From assembly GCA_965645245.1 (NCBI GenBank), contig OZ287074.1:310001-374000 (forward strand): a stretch of DNA of 64,000 nucleotides, given 5' to 3'. This document shows, piece by piece, positions 11,952 to 24,454 of this stretch; positions within the stretch are counted from its first letter, which is position 1, and every line of letters begins with the position of its first letter. This DNA is from Massalongia carnosa (Eukaryota). The notes beneath the pieces are model-generated. The model was not told the DNA's origin. It worked only from the letters and a program-made list of their open reading frames with translations, and ran no database searches. The translations under genes and the position numbers were made by a program.

Positions 11952-14900
11952 CTATTTCAAGTCAGAAGTCTCACTCTTCAAGCCTGTCAAGCCTTGGCGT
12001 ATGGCGAGGACGCTATCCACAATAACCGCATCGATACCTTCCCTTACTTGTAGCTATTTCATCGTCAGTTCCATTAGAGAGTCCGGCGAAAATAAGCCGA
12101 TTATGAAATTACCTTTACATTCTCTGGATCATTGTTTAGTTGCCCATATGAAACGCACACAAGGCCTGATTCCTTCACCACCTTGACCAATCTCGGACTA
12201 AGGACTAGAGGCTCCGCTGCAGTAACGACTCCCAGCAGATTCCATCTTGATGCGAAGCGAATGGCTTCTTGCAGGCTGCTGGCCCTAATATCGCCAACAG
12301 GAGTAGTGCCAGCGTCCGTAAGGAAAAGTATAGGTATCGAAGGTTGCTTAAAGGAAAGAAGAAGGCAAATGTCCGGATTGAAACTTGAGAAGATGATATT
12401 ACGCTTCTTGCCCAAGTCATAAACTTTTGTTAGCACGGTGTCGACAAATGAATTTAGTTCTACAGCGTAGGTATCCATTTCTTGCTCTTCACTCTCGTGC
12501 AGCATCGGATACTCTGTTCTAGAGTCAGAGGCTGGGAAGAATCAAGGCATCAAAATCTATGCTTACTCATCTCGATATTAAAGCCAATTGTCTCAGGAAG
12601 TTCCCGAAACATAGCTTCTAGAGTTGTGAAAGGAGCTTGAATAAAGTTCCCGCGGCTGTTTCCCTTGAACCCTTTGTTTTTGAAGTCTCGGGTATGCTTC
12701 ATACGTTCACTCATTTCCAAAACCTCCTCTTTCGACGAGCCGCTTGCGGACATAGCTCGGTGTCTTCGGGAATCTGAACCCCGGATGGTTTGCGGAGCTC
12801 GATCAACTGGCACTGGGGACGCTGGTCGAGACGGACGGGGTGTACGAACATTGTTAACATGTAGAAACTACAATTAAATTAACAGTAGCTCTCAAGCGCT
12901 GTTATTATAGGCGCCATACTTGTTCGAGGGTCAGTGTGTGAACAGGAGCATCAATTCCAGTTTCGCTGACAAGAAAATCATGGTAGATGACGGGGACGTG
13001 ATCTTTGGTTAACTGAACATCTATTCTGAATAAGCCCAAATGGAGTTGAATCTTCTCTCCTTATCATACCAAACTAAAGTCGGCTTAGTAATGGGACACA
13101 ATTTGAGTGTAAGTCAGGCTTACCTCTACGTACGAAGCTCCCAAATTTGCCGCGGCAATAAAAGACTGAAAGCGTTAGTGACAGGTAATTAGAAAGCTTC
13201 CTAGGGGCAAATACCTGGATTGTGTTTTCACCGAGTTGCAAAGACCTTCGAGCAGCTACATTCTTACCAAGGCCTTAATGAAGATAAGCAGAGGCCTACC
13301 AGAATGAGGTTTAGAGCAATGATCACCTCGATGCCCAATCACCATCGTTGAGGCCATACTCTTCCAATAAGTCTGGTTTTCCGTTATCATCATGTTTGGG
13401 TGGGTGAAGGGGGTGATGACTAGGAAATTGAAGTTAATGGATCCAATCACATCGAGAGTGGTGGCTGCAATAATTGGCACTGTGACATCTCCTTGCAAAG
13501 TTATACGTTTCGATCCAATGCTTGGTTTGATACTAGAAATTAGAGCTACTCCACGTCCAACAATGCGCTCACTAGTACCAGCATACGTTGGTACGATATC
13601 AAACAATAATTTGACTCTCATAGCATCTATGGCCGTAAACACTATTGGGTCCGTAGTAATATTATCTTGGACTGGAAGATCAATGATAGAAGGCTCGCCC
13701 GATGCTTCAGTAGCAGATACAACCACGGAAAGCGCAGTATCAAGCTGGGTCAAATGGGCACTGGCCAATGGGATGCGATCAAGATTGACAGCCTCAGTCG
13801 CTTTTCGGGTGTCCATAGTACCTAAGCTAACAAGAATCATCGTTTCCTTCGTAAGGTAGCGATGACCAAAGGTCTTGACAGTGTCCGGGCTCCGTGTTAT
13901 ATGTTTTCCAGTTGTATTTCCATTGGATCTTCGATCGGAAAGTAAACGATTGGTGGATGTAGGGGGAAATGCCTCAACCAACGTAGCATCTAAGTCGAAC
14001 GTTTGAGATGCTGCAATCGCTGTTGCTAAGGTTCTTGCAACTGTTATATGACCCCTTAATGTAGCGTGCTCTTTTGCTGTCCAACCGGAGGTGTCCAGTC
14101 TTTCCAGATCGGCCCCAGCGGCCATGAGAAGCTCAACCATACTAAGATGGCCATCGACGCATGCTAGAAACAGCGGAGTCCAGCCGAAAGTATTTTCCCC
14201 AAGTTCCATATTTGCGCTTTGATTTTTGCTAGATAATAGGGCACTAGCACATTCAGTATGGTTGAACCTTGCGGCAACATGAAGAGCCGATTCCCCTTGA
14301 TCGTCTTGATAATTCAAATCAACCCCAGCCTCCACTAGCAAGCTAACAATGGCGACGAAGTTCGCCTTGGTAGCCAGAGCAAGAACTTGGCTAGATTTTG
14401 CCATGTGTTTGCGCACAGCGGATTTGCGGTTGTTTACTCCCATCCAATTCTCTGCTTCAAGCAAGGCTTGGGTTGTCAGGGGATGGCCACCGATAACAGC
14501 CAAATGCAAAGGAGCAAAACCCTCATTATCTTGCCAGAAGGGTGCGTCAATCCCGTCAACTACTTCAAACTGACCCCATGATTGCATGCGAGTCATGATA
14601 ATCTGACAGACACAGACGATTCCATACTGTGCCGCATAATGTAATGGCATTCGCCCAAAGATATCTCGTGTTCGAAGAGACTCTCGTTGATCTATACGAA
14701 GATGATCTAGAAAATATTCGAGAAGGATAAGAGACGTATCATCTCTAGCCAATTTTGTGACTCCATCGAGCTCTTTTGAAGACGATGCAAGAGGTGCTAG
14801 TACGGGGGGGGTGGCAGGGATAATATAGTTGGTTATCCCAAGGGAGAAGTTCAGGATTACATTGGCTGCAGACTCTTCTACGTTAGATGGATTCCAACGA

Positions 14901-15821
14901 CCAATTGTAAGGACAAGCCGATGTATGCAGTTCCGTTTGTTAATATCATCACCATCGTCAAGGCTCTTTATTCGACCAAGAAGCTTGTCGATACATGCCA
15001 TTGCCCTGCATGAAAGAGCACGTTGTAAAACGTTGAGAGCTAACAGATTGGATGAGATATCATTTGGCCCAAATCCCGAATTAATTTCTTCGAGCAGTTG
15101 CGCCAGCCGCTCAGCATTATCATTCCGAACAGCTTGATCCATATCATCCAACAGCTGTACTGGAATGCTCATTATAGCTTTTGAAGAAACCCGGTGTATT
15201 GAATGGGATGAGCGACTGGAACTTTGATCATCAAACATCTTAACATCTCCCAGAGCTGAAAGCCAATCATTGACCAGCTTCATTGTTTCAGACAAACCAC
15301 TATTAGTCGCAAAGGGCTTTGGATCAACCTTGAGCTCCAAGTAAGGTCGCTGGGTTGATGTTTGTGCCACCTTCTTGTCTAGTTTCTTTGTAATCTTGAT
15401 GAACCCTCTCCGGTTCACTTCTCCATACCATTGTAACTTCCTCAGATGACCTCGAAGTTCCAGCAAAGCCCCCATCAGCTCTTCCACCTCGTCTCTATCT
15501 ATGCCGCTAAGGGATCCTGATGGCTGTCCGTATCGGTCTTGTAGGAGTTTAAGCCGCCTAGCCGAGTCTTCATATTTTCGGTTGTAGAAGTAATCTACGT
15601 CTTCCAAGTTGCGATCCAGAGAATAGAAGAACTCTACCACAGAAAGAGTTATTTCTCTATCTGCATGCTAGCGATTAGGTCTTACCAGCAGTATCAATGC
15701 TAATTCCATCATCAGCTTCCCGAACCACAGACTTGATAAGTTTTTTGAGCGTCTTGTATTTAATGTAAGATGTAGCCCATTCCGGTACCTGATTCCGCGA
15801 GAGGTTTCGTCCAAACTTCAT
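11952..15821 (-). CDS. GDE1: Glycerophosphodiester phosphodiesterase Gde1 (SPX + ankyrin + GDPD)
   Basis: MKFGRNL...YIKYKTLKKLIK SPX start at 15821, GFIKITKKLDK, ankyrin repeats (GRMPLHYAA, GWTPLFLAC), VIGHRG, FNIEM, GIDAVIVD; several introns. Confidence 0.95.
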
Positions 15822-16608
15822 GTTGAAAAAGTAGAAAAGTAGAAAGTAGTTCTCGTTGAGCGAACTTCAATTTTGTGAGTTTATCTCGAAGACGGACACA
15901 GGGGAGGTGATGAAGCAGATGGCAAAAAGCATTCACAACGGAATACCACAATGTTCTCCATATAGCCGTTCACTGGGTTTCGCAATTTGCGCGATAAGCA
16001 AGCTCAAAGCATTTCCCAAGCAAACCATAGATTTCAAGCTTTATGCGTGCTTGAACCTAAGAAATCTGTTGGCTGAGCGGGTCTGACGTTAGGGTAGACA
16101 CACGGCTCGGATCAATTCTTTGTGCCCTGTACATGTGAATGTTGGATGGGGGATTGTGGAGTTGCCGGTGCGAGAAATCCCTTGGAGTGATGCTGAAGAT
16201 AGCTGGAACAGCCAAGGGGGAAATTGTGTCAGAATGCAGCCCTTTGTTGGCTTTTCTCCATTGTGGGCAGTAGGACTTGGAAGAGGTAGGGAGAAAGAGG
16301 TAGTCAAGCAACTTCTTCAGACGACTTTGCTTGCCGGTGGTGACATGATTTCCCCAGTGTTGCTTGAGGCAGACAGACAAGACAAGCACGCAGGAAGATG
16401 GTTTCCCTCCGTCACCGCAGTTCTCCTGCCAAGGATGCTCACTAGGTAGGTAGTTTCCATAGTTTATGATTTCCATACTCTGTGCTCTGCACAGTATTTC
16501 CCAATCCCAAACCTTAATGATTAAGCATCGACGAATTTCCCACCGCCAGTCACGCCACGATCGCCGCATCCTTGCAAGCCTCTCACGTGAACTCCCACTA
16601 AAGAATGA

Positions 16609-16862
16609 TACGAAGTACAGAGTACTCCGTACTCGGTACTCCGTACATAACCATCATACTCCATACATATACCTCTCCACATATCCCACGAACTCGGTAT
16701 CGAGCGAGATGTCCCATGTCTTCTTATCTTATTTTCGTTCTTTGCTCTTCAGTCACTACATCACATAAAACGAAGTACAGCTTGATTTAACCTAACTACC
16801 TACGTACTCAACTCAACGTGCTTAGACAGTGGAGTTGCTCTTGAGGTACAGAGTACTCTGTA
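16609..16862. promoter_or_regulatory. Cluster of TAC(G/A)GAGTA motifs incl. 16-bp palindrome TACAGAGTACTCTGTA (16847-16862)
   Basis: TACTCCGTA at 16623 and 16637; the same motif recurs in other intergenic regions; function unknown. Confidence 0.4.
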
Positions 16863-17280
16863 AAGTTGTTCATAGGACTACAGCAAAATGGTCATCTCGA
16901 ACGCTTCCGCTTTCCTACTTAAAACCACTATTCCTTGCCCTCCTTGGCCTTTTTTTCGATTTTCCCACCTTTTTCCAAGTAAAATAAGATATTGTCAAGT
17001 GGCTGTCCCTATGATAAAAGGTTCAGAAGTTCAGCGTCCCTGAAAAGGAGATCCGAACTATGATCGTTGGCGTGCCAAGGCAATTATGCGATCAAAAGAA
17101 CCGTATGATCTCGAAAGAAAAATGTTTGTCGCTAAAGGGAATCAGAGCTAGTCAAAGGACTACCATAAGAATTTATGGAAAGCTGGTAGCTTGTCATAGC
17201 ATCATCTTTTTTTGTAATCTCAACCAACTGTCTAGCTCGAAGCCCTGAAAGACCCGAACTTGACATTTTACGCCCGCTCC

Positions 17281-20200
17281 TTAGTAGCCATTGTATTGTG
17301 GCATGGCCGGGCCAGAAAAATGGCCAGTTCTGCCATAGTGCTGACGCACTGGCTGATAATCTGTTGCGCCATCATATTGTGGCGCAGGTGGCCAAAGAGG
17401 CTGATTTACGGAGCCGCGATATTGTGGCGCGTACCCATGATGTTGAGTAGCAGAGGACGTCAGATAGTCTCCAGCACGTGTGCTTTGAGGCAAAAAGCCA
17501 TGTGCGTGATAGCTGGAGGACGCTAGTGAAGATTGTGCCTTGTGAACACGGGCATCCTGACTGATCATGAAGGGCTTAGATGAGGTGGACGGACAATCGG
17601 CTGCCCTACCCGATACTCCAGTCACGCGCTGAAATCTCACTTGTGAATTCTCCTTGTTCGCAACACGCCGCTCCCATTCCGTTTCACCTCCAGTTGCGAA
17701 ACGTGTTTGCTGTTTCATTAAAGCAGCAGGCCTATTTTGACTAGATTGAGGCATGGAGTGAGAAGGAGCTTTGAGTATCCCGCGCAGAAAGTTGTTGCTG
17801 CTAGGGTTGGCGGAGCTAGAAGTGAGGTTAGTTATGTCCGGTCAAAAAATGCCCATCTTCACCTTGGCTTACCTAGGGGGTGTATATTTTACCATATTCG
17901 CTTTGAAAGCTTCTCTCTGCTCAGGTGGTATGTATCCTCGAAGCTGTGAGGTTGAGTTTTTTAGGGAAGATGGAATGTTGACTTTGGGTACGCTGAGGGG
18001 ATTGTGTAAGCCAGATCCGTTCGCAAGATTCACATTGGTAATTCACCTTGCAGCTGTCCAATCATACGACTTCGAAACCCCCCACGCATCTACAGACTCA
18101 TCCTCTTCTTCCGAGCCCCAACGAGATTTTGAGTCAGTAACGGGGGCCCAAGCATTATATGCTTTTTGCTTGTTACTGTTCTTTGCTTCTGGTGTACCGA
18201 TAACAGGTTTGATGCCCATAACATCCGCATAATATCCTGGATTTATCGATCCATCGGGGTGATCATTAGTGCTAATGAGTTTACCAGATCCCCAATCATA
18301 GACTGGATTTATTGGAATATCCCAAGGGTCCATGTCATCATGGATAATATCCTCGGATTTGATACGTGAGTGCGAACTCTCATTGCCCTTCTGAATACTC
18401 CGAGCAAGCGATCCTTTGTTGGTGCCGCGATCACGCTGGGAGGTTGGAGTACCATAATCATCCTCAACGTATGCTTGGTAAGGACGACGACCTGATTGCG
18501 GAGTACTCGATTTGGCGGTTTTCGGTGGAGTGCGAGGCGTAGAGTTACGGTGGTTTTTTCGCACGGCGAAACCATGGGCTCTGTTGAAACTTGGAGTTGA
18601 AGGCTCCACCCCAGGACTCACATCTTTGCTCTTATACATAGTGCCCTTGGCACTATCTTCGGCGAACTTTATGGCAGTTAGTCCCAATCCGGAATGTTTC
18701 CGAGGGATGGTCACATCAATCAGTCCATTCTCCCCAGGGTCAGAATCCCAACTATCCACACGACGATGGGTAAATGGATTGAATGACTCTTTCTTGCTGT
18801 TGGCCTCGAATGATACCCGCCGGCTTTTCTCAGCGACATACGTGGACGAAAAGTGCGCAGTCGTATTTGTACCAGTTGACACTGTATTGCTGGCCCGCAA
18901 ATTGAAAATGCTATCGTTCCAGTTCCAAGGACGTGGGTTTATCACATGGTCTGGAATTGAACTTGGCAATACAATAGGGTCATGATCTGCCATGGCCCAG
19001 CGAACGTCCTGTTCTGCATCAAATGCAGGATCTTTGCTCTGCCCACCTTTGCAGCCATACATGCTGGCTTGCTCGCGAACGCGCCGGATCACTTCTTGGA
19101 ACTCTACTATGGTTGTACAGTATAGCTTTTTTCCATCCGCCGGATTGAAACCCGGTTCTTGCGCATAGAGAACTTCTTCGGTTGAAACAACTGGCAGTGA
19201 ATCATGGAATGCTTCTCCTGAATCCGAAGCTAAGCCGCTCGCCTCATTTCCCTCTTTCTGGTCTATTGAGTCTATGCTGGGTGTGACGCCGGGAAAACCT
19301 GTCGTTGTACTATCACTTCGAGATTTACCTTTACTATTAAAGATAACGTTTCCAAGGGATTGTATTGGTTGGGATTTTACTTCCCCTATGTTACTCAGAG
19401 CAGGCTTTTCAGATCCCGACTTCGTGTTGCTCGGGACAAATGGTGGTGCATCAGGAGATAGACAAGTCGACGAGATCATGGATGCCTTGTTGAAAAAGGA
19501 TGCCTGAACCGCCTCGTGATTGTTATTCGCAAAATATCCTGTCGGGCGTGAGCTAACGCCTCCATCCATGCGGGGAGCAGCAATGAAAGGAAGATTATCA
19601 AGATTCCCTGACTGCTGAGAGGGTTGCGTGCCGGTTTTCAAATATGGCCCAACAACAGGTGCAGAGGAAGAAGAAGAGAGCTCATTTTTATCCTTGCGTA
19701 CCCGAATGACATTAATTTGTTCAACCAGCCGTTTTCGCTGCGTAACCAACGCGGAATGCTCGAAAGGAGACAACTTGTGAAGATAGAGCGCAACATGTCT
19801 ATCCAGTGTCGAAAGCTGTCCAGTCAAGGTACTGAAAGTTTGGTTGAGAGCATTATTACCGGACTGGGTGATTGGCTGAGGATAAGATGAATGATATGTG
19901 TTAGCCGCAGTAGTGGAATTTACCTGTGGCTTCGTATGGGCAACAGGTTGAATAGAGGTAGAATACTGAGAACCACCAGATACCGGAGTATACACCGCCA
20001 TGGACTGTTCTGGAGTTATAGTAGTAGGAGCATTGGCCTGCATTGGCTCCAGAATCAACTTAGGACCATTCCAGGATGCTCGGTATTGAATTCCGTTCAT
20101 TGCTACAATTGCTCCCCCTCCCTGCAAATGAAGCAATGGCTCTATCCCAGGAGGGAATTCCACGGTATTGCTTGTGCGAGTATTTCCTTCTATGCTACCA

Positions 20201-21360
20201 AGGTTGAAATCTGCCGGATGTTGAGATTGAGTGACCTCCAGCTGATGTATCTGTGTCAGATTCATGTTCTGGTTAGCAACCAACTTTCCTGTTTGTGTAG
20301 ACGAGCTCGCTCGAGTGTCTACGGCTTCAGCTTGCATATTCGACTTGGTGCTAGCATTATATCCGGATTTCAACTTGGAAATTGGCTGTTGTCGGAGAGT
20401 GTTTTCGATGGAATCAAAATTCATCATTGGTGGTGGAGCTAATGGCCCAGCAGGAACAATACGTCCTCCTGCTGTAACTCGATTGTGCGGGGGCGATGCA
20501 ACTTGTCTCAGAAAGCGCTTGAATCCTTCCTGCTGCTGCGCAGTCTGTCCTAAAGGAGGGTCCTGTGGGCAACGATATGGCTGATTTGCATTCACCCATT
20601 CTCGACCAGTCCAGGTAATGTCATCTTCAGATCTATTAGATCGGCGAGGCAAGCTTGAAGCCTCGAATAGACTATGACGACGCAGCTTATCCATTGGTTT
20701 CGATTGCGAGCTCTGAGATTTGTGCTTGAAAACATTTTCTATACCAGAGTCAGGACCAAGGGAGATTTTAAGATGTTAGAAGACGCGTCAACCAAAAAAA
20801 CCCGCGCCATTTTGACAAATGCTCCTGCAGAGGCATCTTGAACGCATAAAATAGAGCAAGCTTTGAGATATTGAAGAATTCAAGACAGAAAGAAAGGCTC
20901 CTCATGAGACCTGCTTACCTGCTAACGCTCCTGGATGGACTCTTAGCTCCATATGCTCGGTGGGTGTTGCTTCTTTGAGCGCAATCAGGGTTGTAATATC
21001 GTATGCTTTTGGTTGAGGCACAACTGAATCAGAGCTTTTGATTATAGTCTCTGGGGAAGCAAGAGGGACCTCGCCGGCAGAGCCTGGGGACTGCTTCGTG
21101 GCTACAGATTCCGGCCCCTCCATTGTCTCGGATTGCTGTTGTACCCACTCTGATGTATTCGCAGGACTCGTGCGGAAGCCGTCAGAAAGATTGGAAGTTG
21201 GTGTTTGAGGAAGTGGTATCATCTCGTTGGTCTTAAGATACTCGAACGGCGGCTCAGTGAGGCGAACTCTGCTGGGTTCTACTGGGAAAGTAACAGCGTG
21301 CGTATCTTCAATGTAGCTTACACTCCAGTCAGATCTGTTGGAAGGATTGAGGCCTGCCAT
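17281..21360 (-). CDS. Large low-complexity hypothetical protein with a PAM2-like motif (4 exons)
   Basis: ORFs 20902..21375, 18043..20694 and 17281..17754 join in frame through GT-AG introns and a short exon (approx. 17874-17992); motifs ASPPHNRVTAGGRIVP and LSPDAPPFVP. Confidence 0.7.
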
Positions 21361-22134
21361 CCCGAAGACGATCATGATGGAGGAAAGAGAGTGGAACTGA
21401 AAGGTGGAAACATGTGTATGGTGAGGGGAAGATGGCTAAACTTACTGGATAAAGAGGTCACACGATGCCGAGAAATGACATATGCGTCAGCAGGGTGTGC
21501 TTAGTCGTCATTCCGGATCGTGATGGAAGCAATGCTAGCGAAAACCTGGAGGAGTGGCGAAAATCGTGAGGTTGAAAGTCAAGGGAGGACGATGGTTGAT
21601 CGCTCTACTTGCTAGCGGCTTTGTGATCGTGATATTTTAAACGAAGCTAATAGATAGGGCAAGAGCAATTGTCTGGTCACGTTTTTCATCTTCTCCTTTT
21701 TTACCTATTCTTTTTGTTGCCAAGGTGCGGTGTGACTTTTATGGTATATTTGGGCAAGGCATCGCCCGATGCTGGGGGGTTAGGAAAGACATTGATCCAT
21801 TGGCCTTCTATCATCACTGAACGAATAGTCAACATCATGCCATAGCCTTCGCTTAATTAAGCATTTCTGAAGCATTATCACTCTTGTCAAGACGGATTTT
21901 TCCTGCTTGTTAGTGTGGAATTCGGGGGTTGAGGTTACGATCACGCTCAATCCAAGACTCATCACAACCAGAAAAAGGGAGACCAGCTCAAAACTTAAAA
22001 ATCCATCACAAACACTTAGACAGACGTTGCGTTCCTGAAAAATTCTTTGACACACTAGCATATACTTTGAGCATCTAAGTAGGCAAACTTCACCGACCAT
22101 TTTCGATAACATCCGCATTGCAAACACCCCAATT

Positions 22135-23835
22135 TCAAACTCTCTCATCAATCTTCGTTGGCTTAATAAATGAATGCAGCCCCAGATCATCCGCTTCAAA
22201 GCTTGACTTGCGAATCAATTCCGAGTGGTCAAACCCGTCAGCACTTGTTTTCGTTGGTTTACTCTGTTCACCAAGCTCCCAGCTGTTAACTCTTTCATCA
22301 TCCTTTTTGGTAATGCTAGCACCAACACCGCTCTGTAGCCGTGGAAGGTCTTGATCTGAGGCGAGTTTCTCGCCTGCTTTGAATCCACCAAGCGCAGATC
22401 GTCTTGTGACCTTGGAGCGATGTAACCGAATTCCACCGACGAGCATAGCAACAGCGAAGGTGATTCCCACAAGCACTAAAGCGATTACTGCTCCAATTAC
22501 ACCCGCAACAGTTGGCTTCATGGAATGCTTGTACGTCCCAGAAAATTGGGTTGATTCGCTACCATTATAGAATCCTAAATCAGCGAATGCAGCACAAAAG
22601 ATATCATAACTCTGACAGGCTGTACACCAGCCTCCGGAATCGAGGGCCACATTACGAATTTTCACAAGAAAGTCATTGAACGACAGTATTGCGGTTTCGC
22701 TGCCGTCAAACAGAGAATAACTAGTTAGTGCAGAGGAAGAATTGGTACCGTTCCGGAAAAGAAACCGCAAACGGAGATCGTGAGTGTTAGGATAACCTGG
22801 TTTATCATTACTGCCCACAGTGTAAATTTCGAAAACCATGGAGGAGCCATAATCGGGTATTCCGTAGAAATCTGTGTTGGCCTTTGGCAGCTGGGCTAGA
22901 GCTGCAAACGCAACCATAGGCTCGAAGCTACCGAAAAGAAGAGAGATTTTGTTTACAACTCCTTTACTCTTAATATTACTTTGCAACAACGCAACGATCT
23001 CAGACACCAAAGTTTTTCCAGCAACGGTCTGGATAGAATTAGGAACAGAAGTATTGCCATTAGCAGCTTGGATTGACAGATCAGCAAGTCCACGTGCTCT
23101 AGCAAGATCGTCATCCGCCAATTGTTTCTTGATTGATTGATTGTGCGTGTGTACATAATTGAGATAGTCGAAAATCAGATATGCATTATCATAGCTGATC
23201 GCTGACTCTGGAAAGATTCCCCCTAGTATGTTTTGCTGGAAGCTCGTATAAAAATGCTGGGTGGATGTCTTCATTTGCAAAAATTCCTGGGACTTTGAGT
23301 AATTTGCTATTGCTTCATCATAAAGTGGACAGTTCATATCTCCGGCTAGGAAAATAACGTTCGGGTCAAGCGGAGAAACCGTATATATCTGAGCATACTG
23401 ATAACCGCCTAGAGGAGACTGAATGACAGTTCCATTGGCAAGGATGGAGGATAAATCTAGTCGGGTACTAGAATTTCGCGGTGGATAGAGCCCTTGCATA
23501 AAGGCTTGAGCAGAGGCAATAGCAAATTCCTCTATTGTAGACATGATATAAGTTTGCGTGACATCAAGAGTATCCTCCAAGAGACCGTTGATGGCATAGT
23601 TAGCAGCTTGAGCTGCTGCTGTAGCTGCAATGTAACGTTGACGAAAGAACAATCCGGCAGAGTACAGCTGCTGAGCACCCAAAGGTGTCAAGACGTTTTG
23701 AACCGGAAGAACGAGCGGTGTGCGCTCCCCATGATAGCTGTAGATCACTGAGGCCCAAACAGTCTCATTTACATCGCTCTGTGCTAGGGCGGGGATGGTG
23801 AAAGCAAGCAAGGTTACCACCGAAGAAATCAACAT
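22135..23835 (-). CDS. Histidine acid phosphatase family protein, signal peptide plus C-terminal TM helix
   Basis: Signal peptide MLISSVVTLLAFTIPALA, YHGERTP (RHGxRxP variant), LTPLGAQQ, TM segment VAGVIGAVIALVLVGITFAVAMLV. Confidence 0.88.
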   Translation of the reverse strand: MLISSVVTLLAFTIPALAQSDVNETVWASVIYSYHGERTPLVLPVQNVLTPLGAQQLYSAGLFFRQRYIAATAAAQAANYAINGLLEDTLDVTQTYIMSTIEEFAIASAQAFMQGLYPPRNSSTRLDLSSILANGTVIQSPLGGYQYAQIYTVSPLDPNVIFLAGDMNCPLYDEAIANYSKSQEFLQMKTSTQHFYTSFQQNILGGIFPESAISYDNAYLIFDYLNYVHTHNQSIKKQLADDDLARARGLADLSIQAANGNTSVPNSIQTVAGKTLVSEIVALLQSNIKSKGVVNKISLLFGSFEPMVAFAALAQLPKANTDFYGIPDYGSSMVFEIYTVGSNDKPGYPNTHDLRLRFLFRNGTNSSSALTSYSLFDGSETAILSFNDFLVKIRNVALDSGGWCTACQSYDIFCAAFADLGFYNGSESTQFSGTYKHSMKPTVAGVIGAVIALVLVGITFAVAMLVGGIRLHRSKVTRRSALGGFKAGEKLASDQDLPRLQSGVGASITKKDDERVNSWELGEQSKPTKTSADGFDHSELIRKSSFEADDLGLHSFIKPTKIDERV

Positions 23836-24454
23836 CTTTGTGTGGCGGCAGCGCAAAGACGGGTTCAAATACAGTCCGACTTCGAGGTAGTCAAGACTCG
23901 CTCCTTTGAGCCAGAGGTCATCAACAGCTACTTCGACTTGAGCTTTCTGGGAGCTCAAGAAGACAAGCCAGATAAATGGGTACTGAACATAACTAACCAC
24001 ATCACCTGATGACTACTAAGAGTACCCTGCACAGAGCGATGCACGCCACCCTCCTTGCCCCGGCATAAAGCCAAGTAAGAAGTGTGGTGTTGTCAATGAT
24101 GAAGAGGGGTTACTAATGGTCTAGAACAGTAAGGCGACCGAATTACATAAGACCACATTCTGATCTCTCCGGATAACGTGACTTGATCAAATCATATGCG
24201 ACATCTTTTGCTCTTAGGTTGGATTGTGAAACAAACCCCCAATCATTTAAAGAACCTGTCATGTCGGGATCTTCTGTGTGCGTTGCGTTGCAAACTGGAA
24301 TCAGTATGACGTACTTAACTGGCAGTTATCCGGATCATCATCCGGGGCCGACATCGATCATGAACCTTGAATCTTTTATCGATATCAGGTTAGCGCCCGT
24401 CTGAAGACAGGATCGGCAAGCGAAAGGCAAGCGACGCTTAGGTTTTTCAATGTA

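Noticed and set aside
15856..16790. Short ORFs upstream of GDE1
   Set aside because: Mostly non-ATG starts, no motifs; consistent with promoter/UTR.
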